Assembly: GCA_051294375.1 (NCBI GenBank)
Contig: CM119266.1
Span: 11,753,786 to 11,817,785 of the forward strand
Direction of reading: 5' to 3'
DNA from: Paraspadella gotoi
Lineage: Eukaryota > Animalia > Chaetognatha
DNA length: 64,000 bases
The stretch's first letter is position 1. Every line of letters starts with the position of its first letter. The position numbers were made by a program, and so were the translations under genes. Positions 24,368-36,773 of this stretch are shown in pieces. The notes beneath the pieces are model-generated. The model was not told the origin of the DNA. It was given only the letters and a program-made list of their open reading frames with translations, and searched no databases.

Positions 24368-25895
24368 TTAGATGATGGAGGGATCCCAAGGCTTTCGTCC
24401 GCTGGCGAGGACAAAGTTCCTCGGCGCCTCGTCCTGGGGCGGCCTCTTTCGAGGATCCCAAGGCGGGAGGGCCTGATTCAACATCTTCGCCGTGACGGGC
24501 CACTGGAGCGGGTAGGGGGATTGAGATGGGGAGAAGGGAGAGGGTGAATGAAGTGGAGAAAAGTGAATCTCGAGGATGTGAAGGATGACCCAAACCTAAT
24601 TTCGATTCAAAATAAACTAATTTAACGAATTTAAATTTCAAAACAATTCTTTAAAAAAAAAGTAAAACCTTTTTGAGGTTCTTTCCGAATTCGTTGGTGG
24701 ATGACGTCTCGGAGGCGTTGCTCGATCGACGATCGCTTACGAAATCTTTGTCGTGCAGTTTCATCTTTTTGCCTAAAGAAACGGAGAGAAAAAAAAACCG
24801 AATGGCGAGGAGCAAATATATCGCGACGACAGCTGTCTGTTAAATGTTTGCGAACGGAAGTATTGACCATGTCGCTTTGCCGTGACTAAATAGAAACATA
24901 GTAACTCAATAGGAACGGAAAACGTAGGGAATAACAAGGTTCATTCTTTAAGTATCATTTAAAACAATTAATCAATTCGAGAGGAAACCTCCATAGATTT
25001 ATTATCGGATATTGAAAAAAAATATATTTCCGATATTAAAATATTCTTTATTAAAAATTATCGTGTGGCGAAACTTAATTTCGCCTCCCGTATAGCTTGG
25101 TGAAACACAGCTCGTTCCATTTTTTTATCTACATCTCATTTATCTCAACTCGAGCTCTTTTTAATTTTGAACCCAATTTTTACGGAATTATATAATGACT
25201 CCCTCCACGAACCATGAACAACGTATTCCGGATTCCTAATGTTGGTGGTGTTGGCCTTGCACCTCTCCATCATCTCACTCGCCATCCGCCCCATCCTTTC
25301 GGGCACGTCGTAGGGCAAGGCGCAGGACGGGCGGAAGGGATCCGGCTCGGGCTCCTTCTTCTTAGTGGAAGAGGCCGAGCTTGGCGATGAGAGGGTAAAG
25401 GGGTGGAGAATGGGATGCGTTTAAACGTATATATTTATAATAATATAAATAGTAACACTTCACTTTACATAATACATATCAATTATCAGGATTCATTGAT
25501 TGAATGATTGATTGATTGATTAAATTATTAAATTATTAAATGTTTGACTGATTGATTGATTGATAATTTTTATTTTTAATAGAGTAATAAAACCTTTGCT
25601 CCTCGTCCTCGCTCCTCCACTCATAACTCTCGAATTCCCCGCCCGACGTCGACTCCTTGATCGTCCACTCCAGCCGCTCCACCTCCTGGCGCAAAACCTC
25701 CACCAGATTTTCTAGGTTCTTTCGTTCCAGTCGCTCGATGTCGTCGACGCAAACGCGTTCGTCCTGAGAGAATACAATTCTTTTATTACAATATTGTATC
25801 TGGTATATTGTTCAATTGTTTAAAAATTTTTTTTTTCATACTTCTTTCTTGCTTTGTTTATTTCTTTATTTCTTTCTTTCTTTCTTTCTTTCTTT

Positions 25896-25931
<36 letters not shown>

Positions 25932-26012
25932 TTCTTCTTTCTTTCTTTCTTTATTTATTTATTTATTTCTGTCTCTTAAGATTCCCCTCCTTTCTTCTTC
26001 TTTCTTCTTTCT

Positions 26013-26077
<65 letters not shown>

Positions 26078-26528
26078 CTCTTTTTTCTTCCCTTTCTCAT
26101 TTTCCCTCCTCAACGCTGTCGAGTAAAGCGTTCCGCTCCGACCGAAACCAGGCGTGGTTCTTAAACTCTTCCTCCTCGCCAGGCCCCAACTTGATGAGCG
26201 CCGTCTGCGTCGCCTGATGTTTGGCGTCGTCGGTCTTGCGCGCAATGTCGTCCAACCCGCTGCGCTTGATCTTGTTCATCAGCTCCTCCAGGAAATCCTG
26301 ACTTCCATCCAGCCAATCCTGTAGGTCCTGGACGTCGCCCTCCAAGTCTTTGATGCGATCCAGGTTCCTGGGGAAAGTTAAACCGACAGACAATGAGTTA
26401 TCGGACAATGTAAAAAGAAAGGTAAAAAGTGGATAAAATTAAAAGTTGTAGATAGATCAATAAATAGATTTTGGGAGCGATTGATAAATATTTAGATATA
26501 CAGATAGATAGATACGTAGGATAGATAT

Positions 26529-26592
<64 letters not shown>

Positions 26593-28187
26593 AAGGATAG
26601 ATAGATAAACAACTATTTTCCACAATAGTCGTTTTCGTTGACGTCATTCGTCCATTAAATCAGCGTGACGTCACTAATTCGAATTCCCAAGTGTGAGGTC
26701 TTGTGATGGATCACTCAAAATCAGATTTTGAGAATTTGAGTATATACTTCTCAAATCTTATCTCTGTAAGCTAAAGAAATTGTAAGAGATTTTCCGCCAA
26801 ACTCGAGTATTAATGAACGCGGTTTGGCAGCTTGGGCCACCCCCTACAGAGGAGGCCAGTGGTTTGGATTATGAATCATTTTTAAATTTCCGTCTCACGG
26901 TGAAGTAAATAGGAATATTTAATGTTCTTAAAATTGAAGATTGTTTGCTGAATGTTGACTCAATTCCTCGAATGGTTGTGGAAAAAAACTATGCGAAATG
27001 ATTCGATAAGGACGAAAAATGTCAATGGCTCTTGACGTCGACAATGCCCAAAATATTTGGAGCTTCGTCGGTTGTTTGTCTTTGTCGTTTTGTTGGCAGC
27101 CACGAAAAGCTTTTTTGTCTGTTTGTACAAAGATAAAGACAGGCGCATAATCGTGTTGCTACATATCTTCTTCATACTTCCCCAACTCACTCGTATTGCT
27201 GCTTGTCCTTAAAATGCCGCAACTCCTCCAACTCCTTGGAGGCGACGTCGAGTTTGGCCGTCAACTGCCCCCAAGGCTGCGCGATTTGCGCCAAGACCAC
27301 GAAGGAGAGGGTGTGGCCGATGCTGGGGTCGACGACCAACTCGAGGTAGGGATCCAACGCCAGGGCCTCCTCCCAATACTTTTCGTATTTAGCGCGTTTG
27401 GCGTTGAGTTTCTCGCGGAGATCCTTGGCGGCTGGAGAAGAAAAGAAGTTGGCAGGGGCGTGAAGAGAACTGGTGGGCGCTTTAAAGAATTTGTCGGCTG
27501 GCCCCGGACGGCTTTTTAAGCTAAGCTAATTTCATCTCCGTAATATTGACATTATAACTTGAAGTAAAAAAAAAGAATATTTATGCATGTTTTTAAGGAC
27601 TTGGAAAGTTATTAAATTTTTAGTTATATTTGCCTTTTTTTATTCCCTTTCTCGACTAGAATACCAGTGCCTTCAACATTTGTCAACTTTCCCCGCTCAG
27701 CATCCACACTCTCTCGACACTCCCCAGCCCACCACTCCGGCCCACCTTGTATCCCGTCCTCCTTCGTCGTCACCACCTTCTTGTCCATCATGTAGAGGAA
27801 CTTGAGCGCCTTCTTCACCTGATCCTCCCAGGAGGCTTTGGCCGCGCGATTCTCCTCGGACTTCTTGTCAATCACGCGTTGCAGCTTGGCGGCCTCCTTG
27901 TTGATGGCGGCCGTGTCTCGGCCGAACTGTTCCACCCAGAACCGGAGATGCCGATCCTTGGGGATGAGCAAATCCCAACTGCCCTTTTGTTTCTTGCCCT
28001 TCTTTCCCTTGTTGCGTTTGGCGGCGGCGACTTCGGCCGCTTTCGCCGCCGCCGCCGCCATCGCCATCATCGCTTCCTTCTGCTCTTGCTTCTTGCGCTC
28101 TTCTTCAGTCATTTCGGCGGGCTCTGCAGGCGCGGCCGCCGGCGCTTCCGGCGGCGGTTCCGGCGCCACCGGTGACGCGCCGTCCAT
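24368..28187 (-). CDS. Uncharacterised helical protein with spectrin-repeat-like segments, about 7 exons
   Basis: GC3-rich exons ~27746-28187, ~27191-27432, ~26116-26368, ~25594-25764, ~25263-25379, ~24669-24772, 24368-24502. Motifs IAQPWGQLTAKL and DVQDLQDWLDGSQDFL resemble spectrin repeat helices. Two donors are ambiguous. Confidence 0.7.
25870..26075. repeat. (TTTC)n microsatellite
   Basis: Seen directly; similar tracts at 30985-31055 and 55735-55855. Confidence 0.95.
26500..26608. repeat. (GATA)n microsatellite
   Basis: Seen directly. Confidence 0.95.
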
Positions 28188-28635
28188 TTTGTTGCCGAGT
28201 CTGGGGAACGAGGACTAAGGGATGGGCGAGTCGGGATCCGGCTAACGAAAATTGTGAAAGAATAACAATTGTTTTAAAATTGAGATAATAGGCATAGCAA
28301 CGTTCTCAGTTGCAACTGAGCAACTGAACAACCAAACAAAAATATTCAATACTAGACAATACCTTGAGCATGGGAATCGTTCATAATACCGCTCTTACCA
28401 GTAGAAGTTTATCTCGCGTTAAAACGCGCACGCAGAGATGAGCACGCAATTCAAAAGCTCGCACGAACTCGCACGCACCTGTTGGTTCGACCTCCTATTC
28501 CGACGAAGCTTTTATCGACCTAAAATCTCAATATCGCCTATTCTCCACTTTTATCAATTCAGTCTAAAAAGTCTCAGATCAAATCCCCCGGGTTAATCCG
28601 CTTTTGGATTTACATGGTTATTTCTTATGTGATTG

Positions 28636-28689
<54 letters not shown>

Positions 28690-28863
28690 CTTCTCTCTCT
28701 CTCTCTCTCTCTCTCTACTCTCTCCAAAACTCGTCCCACGACTTTTGGGCTCTGATCTGGTTTCGCGTCAGAAGATAATTTTCGATCCTTGACGAACGAA
28801 TTTCTTCACGTAACGGAGTAGATACGTTTTCAAAAAAAAAAACTTTTTTGCTTCTTGAATTCA

Positions 28864-29491
28864 AACAAGTTTGAGCAAACAATGTCGGATCTGCCTACGA
28901 TAAATAAGCGGTAATAAGCTAAACCGATGATAAATATTTTCTGACTTTCAGTTTGTGATCTTAACAGATCATAACATAACAAATCATAACAGACTTCTTA
29001 ATAAATCTATGAAAAATCTTTAAATCAATTGATCTATCACTCATACCAACTTGCATGATTTAGTTAACTTGCATAATTTGGTAATATTGCATAATTTGGT
29101 CAATTTGCATAATTTGGTCAACTGGCATAATTTAATGAACTTGAATTATTTGTTCAACTGGCATAATTTGGTTAACTGGCATAATTTGGTCAACTAGCAT
29201 AATTTGGTCAACATGCAGAATTTGGTCAACTGGCATACTTGGATCAACTGGCATAATTTGGTTAACTGGCATAATTTGGTTTACTGGCATAATTTTATGT
29301 ACTGGCATAATCCATCCATCCAATCACGAGTAATTGGTGTTTAATGAAAAGGTGGGACGGACCTTCAGACAGACAGATGGATGTTCTTATATGATAAAAA
29401 TTATTTACCGACCAGATTTTGGGGTGGGGCCGACTGACCGACAAAGTTAATTATAGAGTCGGAATCTGCGATAAGCAGAACCGACTAAAAA
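28864..29491 (-). mobile_element. DINE-1/Helentron-like element (HINE), copy C, with internal 18-bp tandem array
   Basis: Same termini as 4954-5785 (AACAAGTTTGAGCAAACAATGTCGGATCTGCC ... GCAGAACCGACTAAAAA). About 14 copies of AACTGGCATAATTTGGTC at 29048-29311. Confidence 0.8.
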
Positions 29492-30123
29492 TTGTTTAAA
29501 ACAACTTAGCAACATTAAAAGAGTATTTTTAAAAAAAATGCCAACGAAAAGAAAATAATAAAATAAAACTAGAAAATCCAAACCACACAACATATTATCT
29601 TTATCTTCAAGTTTAACATAATGAAGCATTATTTTCTCGAATAAGATCATCGCCTGACATGTCTCATTAGAAATGAGCGCATTAATTCTCAAGACTCATT
29701 ATCAATCGACGTCTACGATTGTTTATTTCGTTAAAAGTTCCGCCTAAAAGTTTATTTCCAACTTATCTGAGCGATTTTGACTAAAAAAAAAGGGCAAAAA
29801 CCGAATTTATTTGAACCCTATTCATCAATTTAAAAAAAAAATTTACTTCTAAGGCTTTTTTTATTCGGGTACAACGTTAGCTCTTTTTCAGATCATGAAT
29901 TGAATCCTTTCCCACCTTTCACACGTTTATTTTAATTCTGAAATTGTATATTAAAATCCGGAAACTCCTTTTTTATAGGATTCTTTTTTCCCGTTTTTTT
30001 TTGGGACTAATACATCCAGTAGACATTTGCAATTCTATTGGAACAATAAAATCCCTTCAAGTCATTATAACAAACTGACATTTAAGCAATGAACGTAATA
30101 AAGCGAACCGCTCGCTTCAGAGA

Positions 30124-30172
30124 TGACGTCAAGTACCGACTAATTACGTCAAAAAACTGGGGTCTGACGTCA
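30124..30172. promoter_or_regulatory. Cluster of three CRE/ATF sites, probable promoter of the inositol kinase gene
   Basis: TGACGTCA 30124-30131, TTACGTCA 30144-30151, TGACGTCA 30165-30172. Confidence 0.5.
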
Positions 30173-30285
30173 TCCAAACTTTTTTGGAAGAAAAAAAAAG
30201 AATTCCGTTTATCTTCACCGGTGCTGCGCGTCTTGCGGATCTGCAGGGCTGCTCTCTCTCTTCTCTCTCTCTCTCTCTCTCTTCT

Positions 30286-30348
<63 letters not shown>

Positions 30349-30950
30349 GCCTTTCTAGGATTTTTCGTGTGTGTGTTTGTTCATCTGCTCCAACTCTAAA
30401 AAAATTTTTGACCCTCAGTCCTGTGTTTTTCGATCCTGGGTCCCAGTTAAGTTAAGTCATCTCTGGTTCCCCCATCGTTTCTTTTTTTTTTCTTCTTCTT
30501 TTGTTTTTATATTTTTTTTTCCCTCCATCGATTCTCATTTTTTGACCGTCTTATTTTTTTCTAAATCGATTTTTGCTCATTTTTTTATTGATATTTTAAG
30601 ACTTAAAAACAACAAAACGGACAACATTAAAAAAATTATAAAATTTACTTTTTTTTCTTTTTCCCTCGTTGATGAATGTATTTCTGTCCAAAATTTTTCA
30701 ATATAAAACCGAAACAATACTCAAGAAAAACAAACTTAAACGCGAAAATATGAATTGTACGTCAAAACCAAATACTTTGTACTTTAAAGAGCCAAACAAA
30801 AGATAAGAATAAACTGTATCTTTTTTTTTCTCTCTCTTTCTTTTTCTGAAAAATAAAATGAAGTTCGTTCGAATCAAAATTTCGAATTTAAATTTTTTTT
30901 CAAAAGACGCGTCCCGCTCGAAATTAATCGTTTTTAAAAAAATATTTTGA

Positions 30951-31058
<108 letters not shown>

Positions 31059-31410
31059 CTATTTTTAAATAGATTTGACTTGACACTTGAATGACTCCCC
31101 CTTGATTGTCCCGACTTTCAAATTGCCTCCAAATTCTTTCCTCAAAAAATCCTCGGGTTTTTCACCGAAATTTTTAAGCCGCGCGACAGAAAAAAAAAAA
31201 ATAGAAAAAAAGGGTCATTTTTAACAGCGCCCCTTTTTACACACGAAGGCGACGACATATTGTTTTTTTCTTTTTTTTTTTTTTTGGAAAAACGATTTTT
31301 TTTTCTTTCTCCGTCTCCTTACGTTTTAGAGGAGCGGTTTAATTTCGAAAGATGATTGGGCGAATTTACGACGCTTGGAGAGCCATTGGTGAAAAAGAGA
31401 ATGAACCCAG

Positions 31411-31461
<51 letters not shown>

Positions 31462-31743
31462 TCTCTCTTCTCTCTCTCTCTCTCTCTCTCCGGGCGTCAT
31501 TCTCGTTTTTTTTTTTTTTTTTTCCCACCGGTTTTTATATTTTTTTTTAATTTTTTTATTCGCATTTTATTTTCGCCCACGATTTAATTAACGAAGATCC
31601 GTAAAGTACTATCTATTAAAGGACTTAATTAATCGAATCGATTCTTGAATTAAATTAAAGTTGTCGTGACATCGATTTTAATGAAGGTCGTTTGACTCAG
31701 GAACGTCTCGCTTCTTCGTCCACAGACGTCTTGAGAAGCAACT

Positions 31744-33755
31744 ATGACGCAGTTGGCAGGTAACAGACAATAAACTTTTATAAATTAAAAACAAACAGGA
31801 TAATGTAGTGACGTTATATCATTATCCGTTGGATACGACCGTTCCTTCATTCAGCGACATAATAGCGCACTGGTCTTAACGCATAATCTCCGAACTCAAT
31901 ACTCCCGAGTTCTAACCCTGGTCGGAACGGTCCTTTCAAAAGGAGTGACGGGCCGGTTAAACCTCCGGTAGCAAGCCTACCGCCCGATCCGGAATTCCGG
32001 AAAGCAATGCTATTGACGGATAAATCTTTCAGACCTTTTGGGCACACTAAGTGTGCCGGCGACCCGCTTTCCTCTCGGGCACTTCAATGTGTTTTTTTTA
32101 TTTAAATTACTGGAAGATTGATGTACAGTATTTGCTTCACACGGAAAGTTTTCTGCCCTAGAATTCGGAATGTCAATTTTCTTTAGTAAATTCGCAATAC
32201 GTAAAACCGGAAAAACAGCTTCTATTAATCTTAATAAATCTACGAAAAAGTCTAGACTGATGAATGACGCATTGACAATGTTAATATGATAGTACATTAG
32301 TACAATAGTACCTTTAAAAAATATTAAAAAACAACTTTCTTAATTCCTTCGATTACACAACGACTCTTTAATTTCGCGCCATTCGCGCCGTCGAAATGTT
32401 TTCCCAATTTATTGTCTCGTTGGACGAGTTCTGCTGCTGCACAAAAAAAAAAAAACAACAACCAGAACTAAAGATTGTCAATCTGATTGTATTTCGGGTT
32501 CGCAGGTCACAAAGGAGGCTTCATCGAGGCCAAGGCCGGCTTCATGCTCAAGAAGCTCAAGGAGAAAGAGTCGCGCTGCCTCAAGCTTCTCATGAAGGAC
32601 GAGTTGAAGTCGTTCGTACCAGAGTTTAGTGGAGTGGTGGTCAAAGATGGAGCCGAATACATCGAAATGAAAGTGAGTCGTTGTGCGTGAACGAATGAAT
32701 AAATGAGTGAATGGTTGTATGAGTGAACGAACGATTAAATGAGTGAATGGTTGAATGACTAATTGGATTGACCGATTACGAATTGCATCAAAGCTCAATT
32801 TATAAATTAATGATTAAAAAAATTAATGAATTAAATAACTTTCTGAAATCAAAATGCTTATTATAACACTCTTGAAATTATAATTCTTTAATTAGATAAA
32901 TTTCACTCAAATGTTTATCATGAATTATTTAATGCCCCATGCTTTAAGATTACCTTTTTCAACAGGCATAATTTAAGTACATCTTTACCAAGTTTGTTAT
33001 AAAAAAAACATAATCATGTTATAAAAAAAAACCGTCTAGTATTATGCAAATCCCTTCACCAGGATCTCCTGATGGACTTCAATTCTCCCGCCATCATGGA
33101 CGTCAAGATCGGAACTCGAACCTACGTAGGCGACGACGACGACGACGACGACCCCAACGATAACGACGACGACGACCGGCCACGCCCCGACCTCTACGCC
33201 AAGATGGTGGCCATCGACCCCGCGGCCCCGACAGAGCAAGAGCGGCGCGACGGCTTCATCACCAAGTGGCGCTACATGGACTATCGCGACTCCATCTCTT
33301 CCACCAAGTCACTGGGATTCCGACTTGAGGCCGTGCGGCTCGGCGGCGGCGCGGGAGGCGGCTGCGGCGCCGTCTCCAAAGACTTCAAGACGCTCAAAGA
33401 AGCCGACGACGTGGCGAAAGAGTTTCGTCGTTTCGCGGGAGGCGACGCCGCCATCCTACGGCGATATCTCGAGCGCCTCCTCCGCCTGCGGGAGACGTTG
33501 GAGATTTCCGAGTTTGTCCGGAGTCACGAGATGGTCGGGAGCAGCCTGCTGTTTGCCCACGACGCCGACGACAGATTCGGAGTTTGGATGATTGACTTCG
33601 CCAACACTGATCCTCTGCCGAAGGGCGTCATCGTCACACATCGGGCGCCAATCGTCCAGGGAAATCACGAAGACGGTTACCTCTTCGGCGTCGACAACAT
33701 CTTGGAGATTTTTGAGCGGCTGATGCTGGAAACAGAGGCGCCGTCGGGGTCTTGA
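31744..33755 (+). CDS. Inositol-trisphosphate 3-kinase (IPK superfamily), catalytic core only, ~290 aa
   Basis: Exons 31744-31759, 32506-32672, 33063-33755. Motifs QLAGH, PAIMDVKIG (PxxxDxKxG), RPDLYAKMVAIDPAAPTEQE (IP3K inositol-binding lobe), GSSLL, WMIDF, GNHEDGYLFG. Confidence 0.92.
31798..32083 (-). ncRNA. Candidate structured RNA or SINE-derived island of unknown family
   Basis: GC-rich island in an AT-rich intron with many nested helices. G-U wobble in two helices favours the minus strand, and a T-run follows it. Confidence 0.35.
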
Positions 33756-34863
33756 AGGACCGGAAAGCGGCGTCTTTTTGGCGTCGGCGTCGTCGCCTCA
33801 AACCGGTTTCCTTTTTTTCGATTAATTGCGTCCGTACCATTTACGTTTTCTCCGTCATTTGCACGTGTGCTCCAGTTAGTCCGATTAGATATTATTAGGT
33901 AAAGGAATGTGTAATAAATAACATAATTCTGATAAAATACGATGAGACTCCTAGTCACAAATAATCACTTGTTCGAAAGTTTTTCGATAGCCGGTCAGCT
34001 ATGATAAAGTAGTTGTCATGAAAATGCCTCTTGTCTTTTATCTTTTTATCTAAACGTTAGCATTGTTTATCATTTTTTCATGTATTTATGTTTGTTTCTA
34101 TCGCCAATTAAAAAAATTGTCATGACTTTGTACAAACGGTTATTCTTTTTCGACTAACAAAAAATTTTGTACATTATAAATTTTCTATTTCTGAAATGAA
34201 AGAGAAATCAATAAACGAAAAAAAGAGATCTCTAAAATGATTTGAACTTTCTATTATTTTTCTTCTTAGTTTATTTGAATATTTATAGTTTAATAAACCT
34301 GATTGTAAACGGTTCAAAATTCCCTGTTAGGGCAAACAAAGCAGATTCTATCTAGACCGAGAGAACTTAAATTTTGTCCTTTAAATGAGACAAAATTTTT
34401 GAAATAATTTTACCTTCACTATTACATTTATCACGATTTAGTAGTGATTCTATTTTTTCGCTTTGTTCCACCTGTCCACAGTAACGTTGTCCTAGTTTTA
34501 GTTTTTGGTATTTCGATTTTTTAGTTTAAGAACTAAGTCTACGCCGTAGAATACCCTATTTTTATTCATAAGTTCATTACCATTTTTAGCATGCTGTTCG
34601 TTTCAAGTGAAATATAATTTTTAAAATGTGACCTATAGTTTTATTTATTCCGAAATTATCAAAAGTAGTTATAATGTTCTAATAAGTTAAAAATAATTAT
34701 GATCAGTTAATCGTATAAGTATAATTCATATCGATTTTAAAAAATACGAACACGGAACAGAATTTTTTTATTTTAAATTGACTACTTACGATAGTGATAT
34801 CAACTATGATCATTAATCAAATCCGAAAATGAACGCCGACAAACAAAATTTCCCTCCTTCTCG

Positions 34864-34923
<60 letters not shown>

Positions 34924-34959
34924 CTCTCTTCTCTCTCTCTCTCTCGCATCCTTAAACCT

Positions 34960-36773
34960 TCAACTTCTTGACACCTCTTCGAACTTCTCCAAGAATATCT
35001 CGGCGTGATGCGGCTGAAAGACGAGTGCGGGCCGCATCCTGACGGACAAATCCCCGCATCCTCCGGTCTGGACGCCGTTGTTGCGCATCCAATGTACGAA
35101 GGCGTCGCGCGATTCGGTGGATGGAAGGTCGTAGGCGAGAAAGGTTCCCCGTCCTCGCAGGTTAAAGACCTTTTCCGGAAAGGTCTCAGCCACCCGCCCC
35201 ATTCCTTCCTTCAACGCCGCTCCGGCCGCGTTCACGTTCTCCAGCAGATTTTTCTCCTCCATCACGCGCAGCACCTTCTCCAGCATCAGCAGCTTGGACG
35301 GCTCCCCGATCCAAGTGCTCATGATCCGATAGGGCTCGGCTGGGCGGAGCTCGGCGTTGCAAAAGTATCCCCCGACAAGCATCTTCTTACTGAAGGAGAC
35401 GACGTCCGGCGGGCTGGGTAGGTCCCAATGCTCGTGGCCCCAGAACTTGCCCGTGGGCCCGCCGCCGGTTTGGACCTCGTCCACGATGAAGTAGGCGGCG
35501 TGCTTCTTGGCGATCATTTGGAGGCCGCGGGCGAACTCTTTGCTGCAATGGTTGTCGCCGCCTTCGGCCTGAATTGGCTCGAGCACGACGATCGCGACGG
35601 GCGAGTTCTTCTGAGTGGCCCATTCCTCCATGAGCTCCTCGACGCGAGAGAGGCAGTTCATGTCCTGTTGACGGTTGTGGTCCTCGTTGGCCTCGAGCGG
35701 GTACTTGTACCTGGGGAAGGGCGCCATTGGCCAATCGAATTGGGGCACGTCGGCCTTGTGAATGGCCTGCGGAAAAGGTGGATGGGTTTGGCGGGAAACT
35801 TTTGTACAACAGTTTTCCTTTTTCCTTGTTATTTCCTTGAAATTTTTTTCTGTTTTTCCGTCGGACGGTTTTTTCTATCGTTCTTTTCCGTCACTTTATA
35901 ACTTTATACTATATTGTCTGGATTTGAAGGTGTTAATTTTTTTGTAACTTCCAGCATATATAAATATATATATATCAATTTTTTTACTCATACGTTTGAT
36001 GGTATTTTTCTTTTAAAATATAAAAGTTAATATAATTATGTTAATGATTCTCTTTATATATAACTCTTCACCTTTGACCTCGACGCGGACAAAGTCCCCA
36101 TCGTCCGCCCATGAAATCCTCCGCTAAAGCTTAGCACGGAGAGACTCGGCGCCCCTGGCGCCTTGTTCAACATCACTGTGTCGAGCTCTTCTTGAGTGGG
36201 CGGCTTCCCTCCCCTCTTCTTGGTCCTGTAGGCGATGAAGCAAGCCTTGAAGGCGTTCTCGTTCGCCGTGGAACCGCAGGTCATCGTCTGCACTTCGCTC
36301 AGTCCCGCTGGCGCCACCTTCATCAGGGTCCGCCGCAGCAAATCTACCCAGTCGTGCGGCGGCAGCGGCCCCAGCGCCGGCCGGTTGGCGAAACTGGACA
36401 CCGCCTCCGGCCGGGAGAAGACCTCAAGGATCTCCGGGTGATTGTAGCCCAAAGGCATGGAGGAAATTTGCTGGAATACGTCCAGCATGACGTTGCCGTC
36501 CGCGTCGACGAGGTAGTTGCCGATGGATTTGCCGTAATCGCAGAAGAACTGCAGCACCGAGGTGTTGTGCATCGCCGTCAACTCCTTCTTCAGTTCGAGG
36601 CTACGAGGACCCGGATGCGGCGTCAACATACGGGGCCCGGAGGGTTCCCCGGGGACGAGCGGCTCTCTGGAAGATGACGCCGCCGTGGCGTTGGCGCGGA
36701 GCAACGCCGGTTTAGAGGAAGCGGCTCGCTTTAAGAGACGGCGAGATATGATGCCAAAAGAGGACATAGCCAT
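34960..36773 (-). CDS. ABAT: 4-aminobutyrate aminotransferase (GABA-T), mitochondrial
   Basis: Two exons, 36072-36773 and 34960-35766. Arg/Ser-rich presequence; motifs DADGN..LD..QISS.PLGYNHP, FHGRT.G, EPIQAEGGD, DEVQTGGG.TG, SFSKK (PLP lysine). Confidence 0.96.

Noticed and set aside
29048-29311. 18-bp array as CRISPR, or as the IMPVNQ-repeat ORF 29132-29323
   Set aside because: Head-to-tail repeats without spacers, inside a transposon in a eukaryotic genome.
31912-31919. CTAACCCT as a telomerase RNA template within the structured island
   Set aside because: The template is on the plus strand, but wobble pairs favour the minus strand. No U-rich pseudoknot or H/ACA end was found, and the 8-mer sits just inside a closing helix. 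Not fully excluded.
32025-32042. AAGGTCTGA (minus strand) as the RNase P RNA CR-I motif
   Set aside because: No complementary TTCAGAC CR-V partner downstream on that strand.
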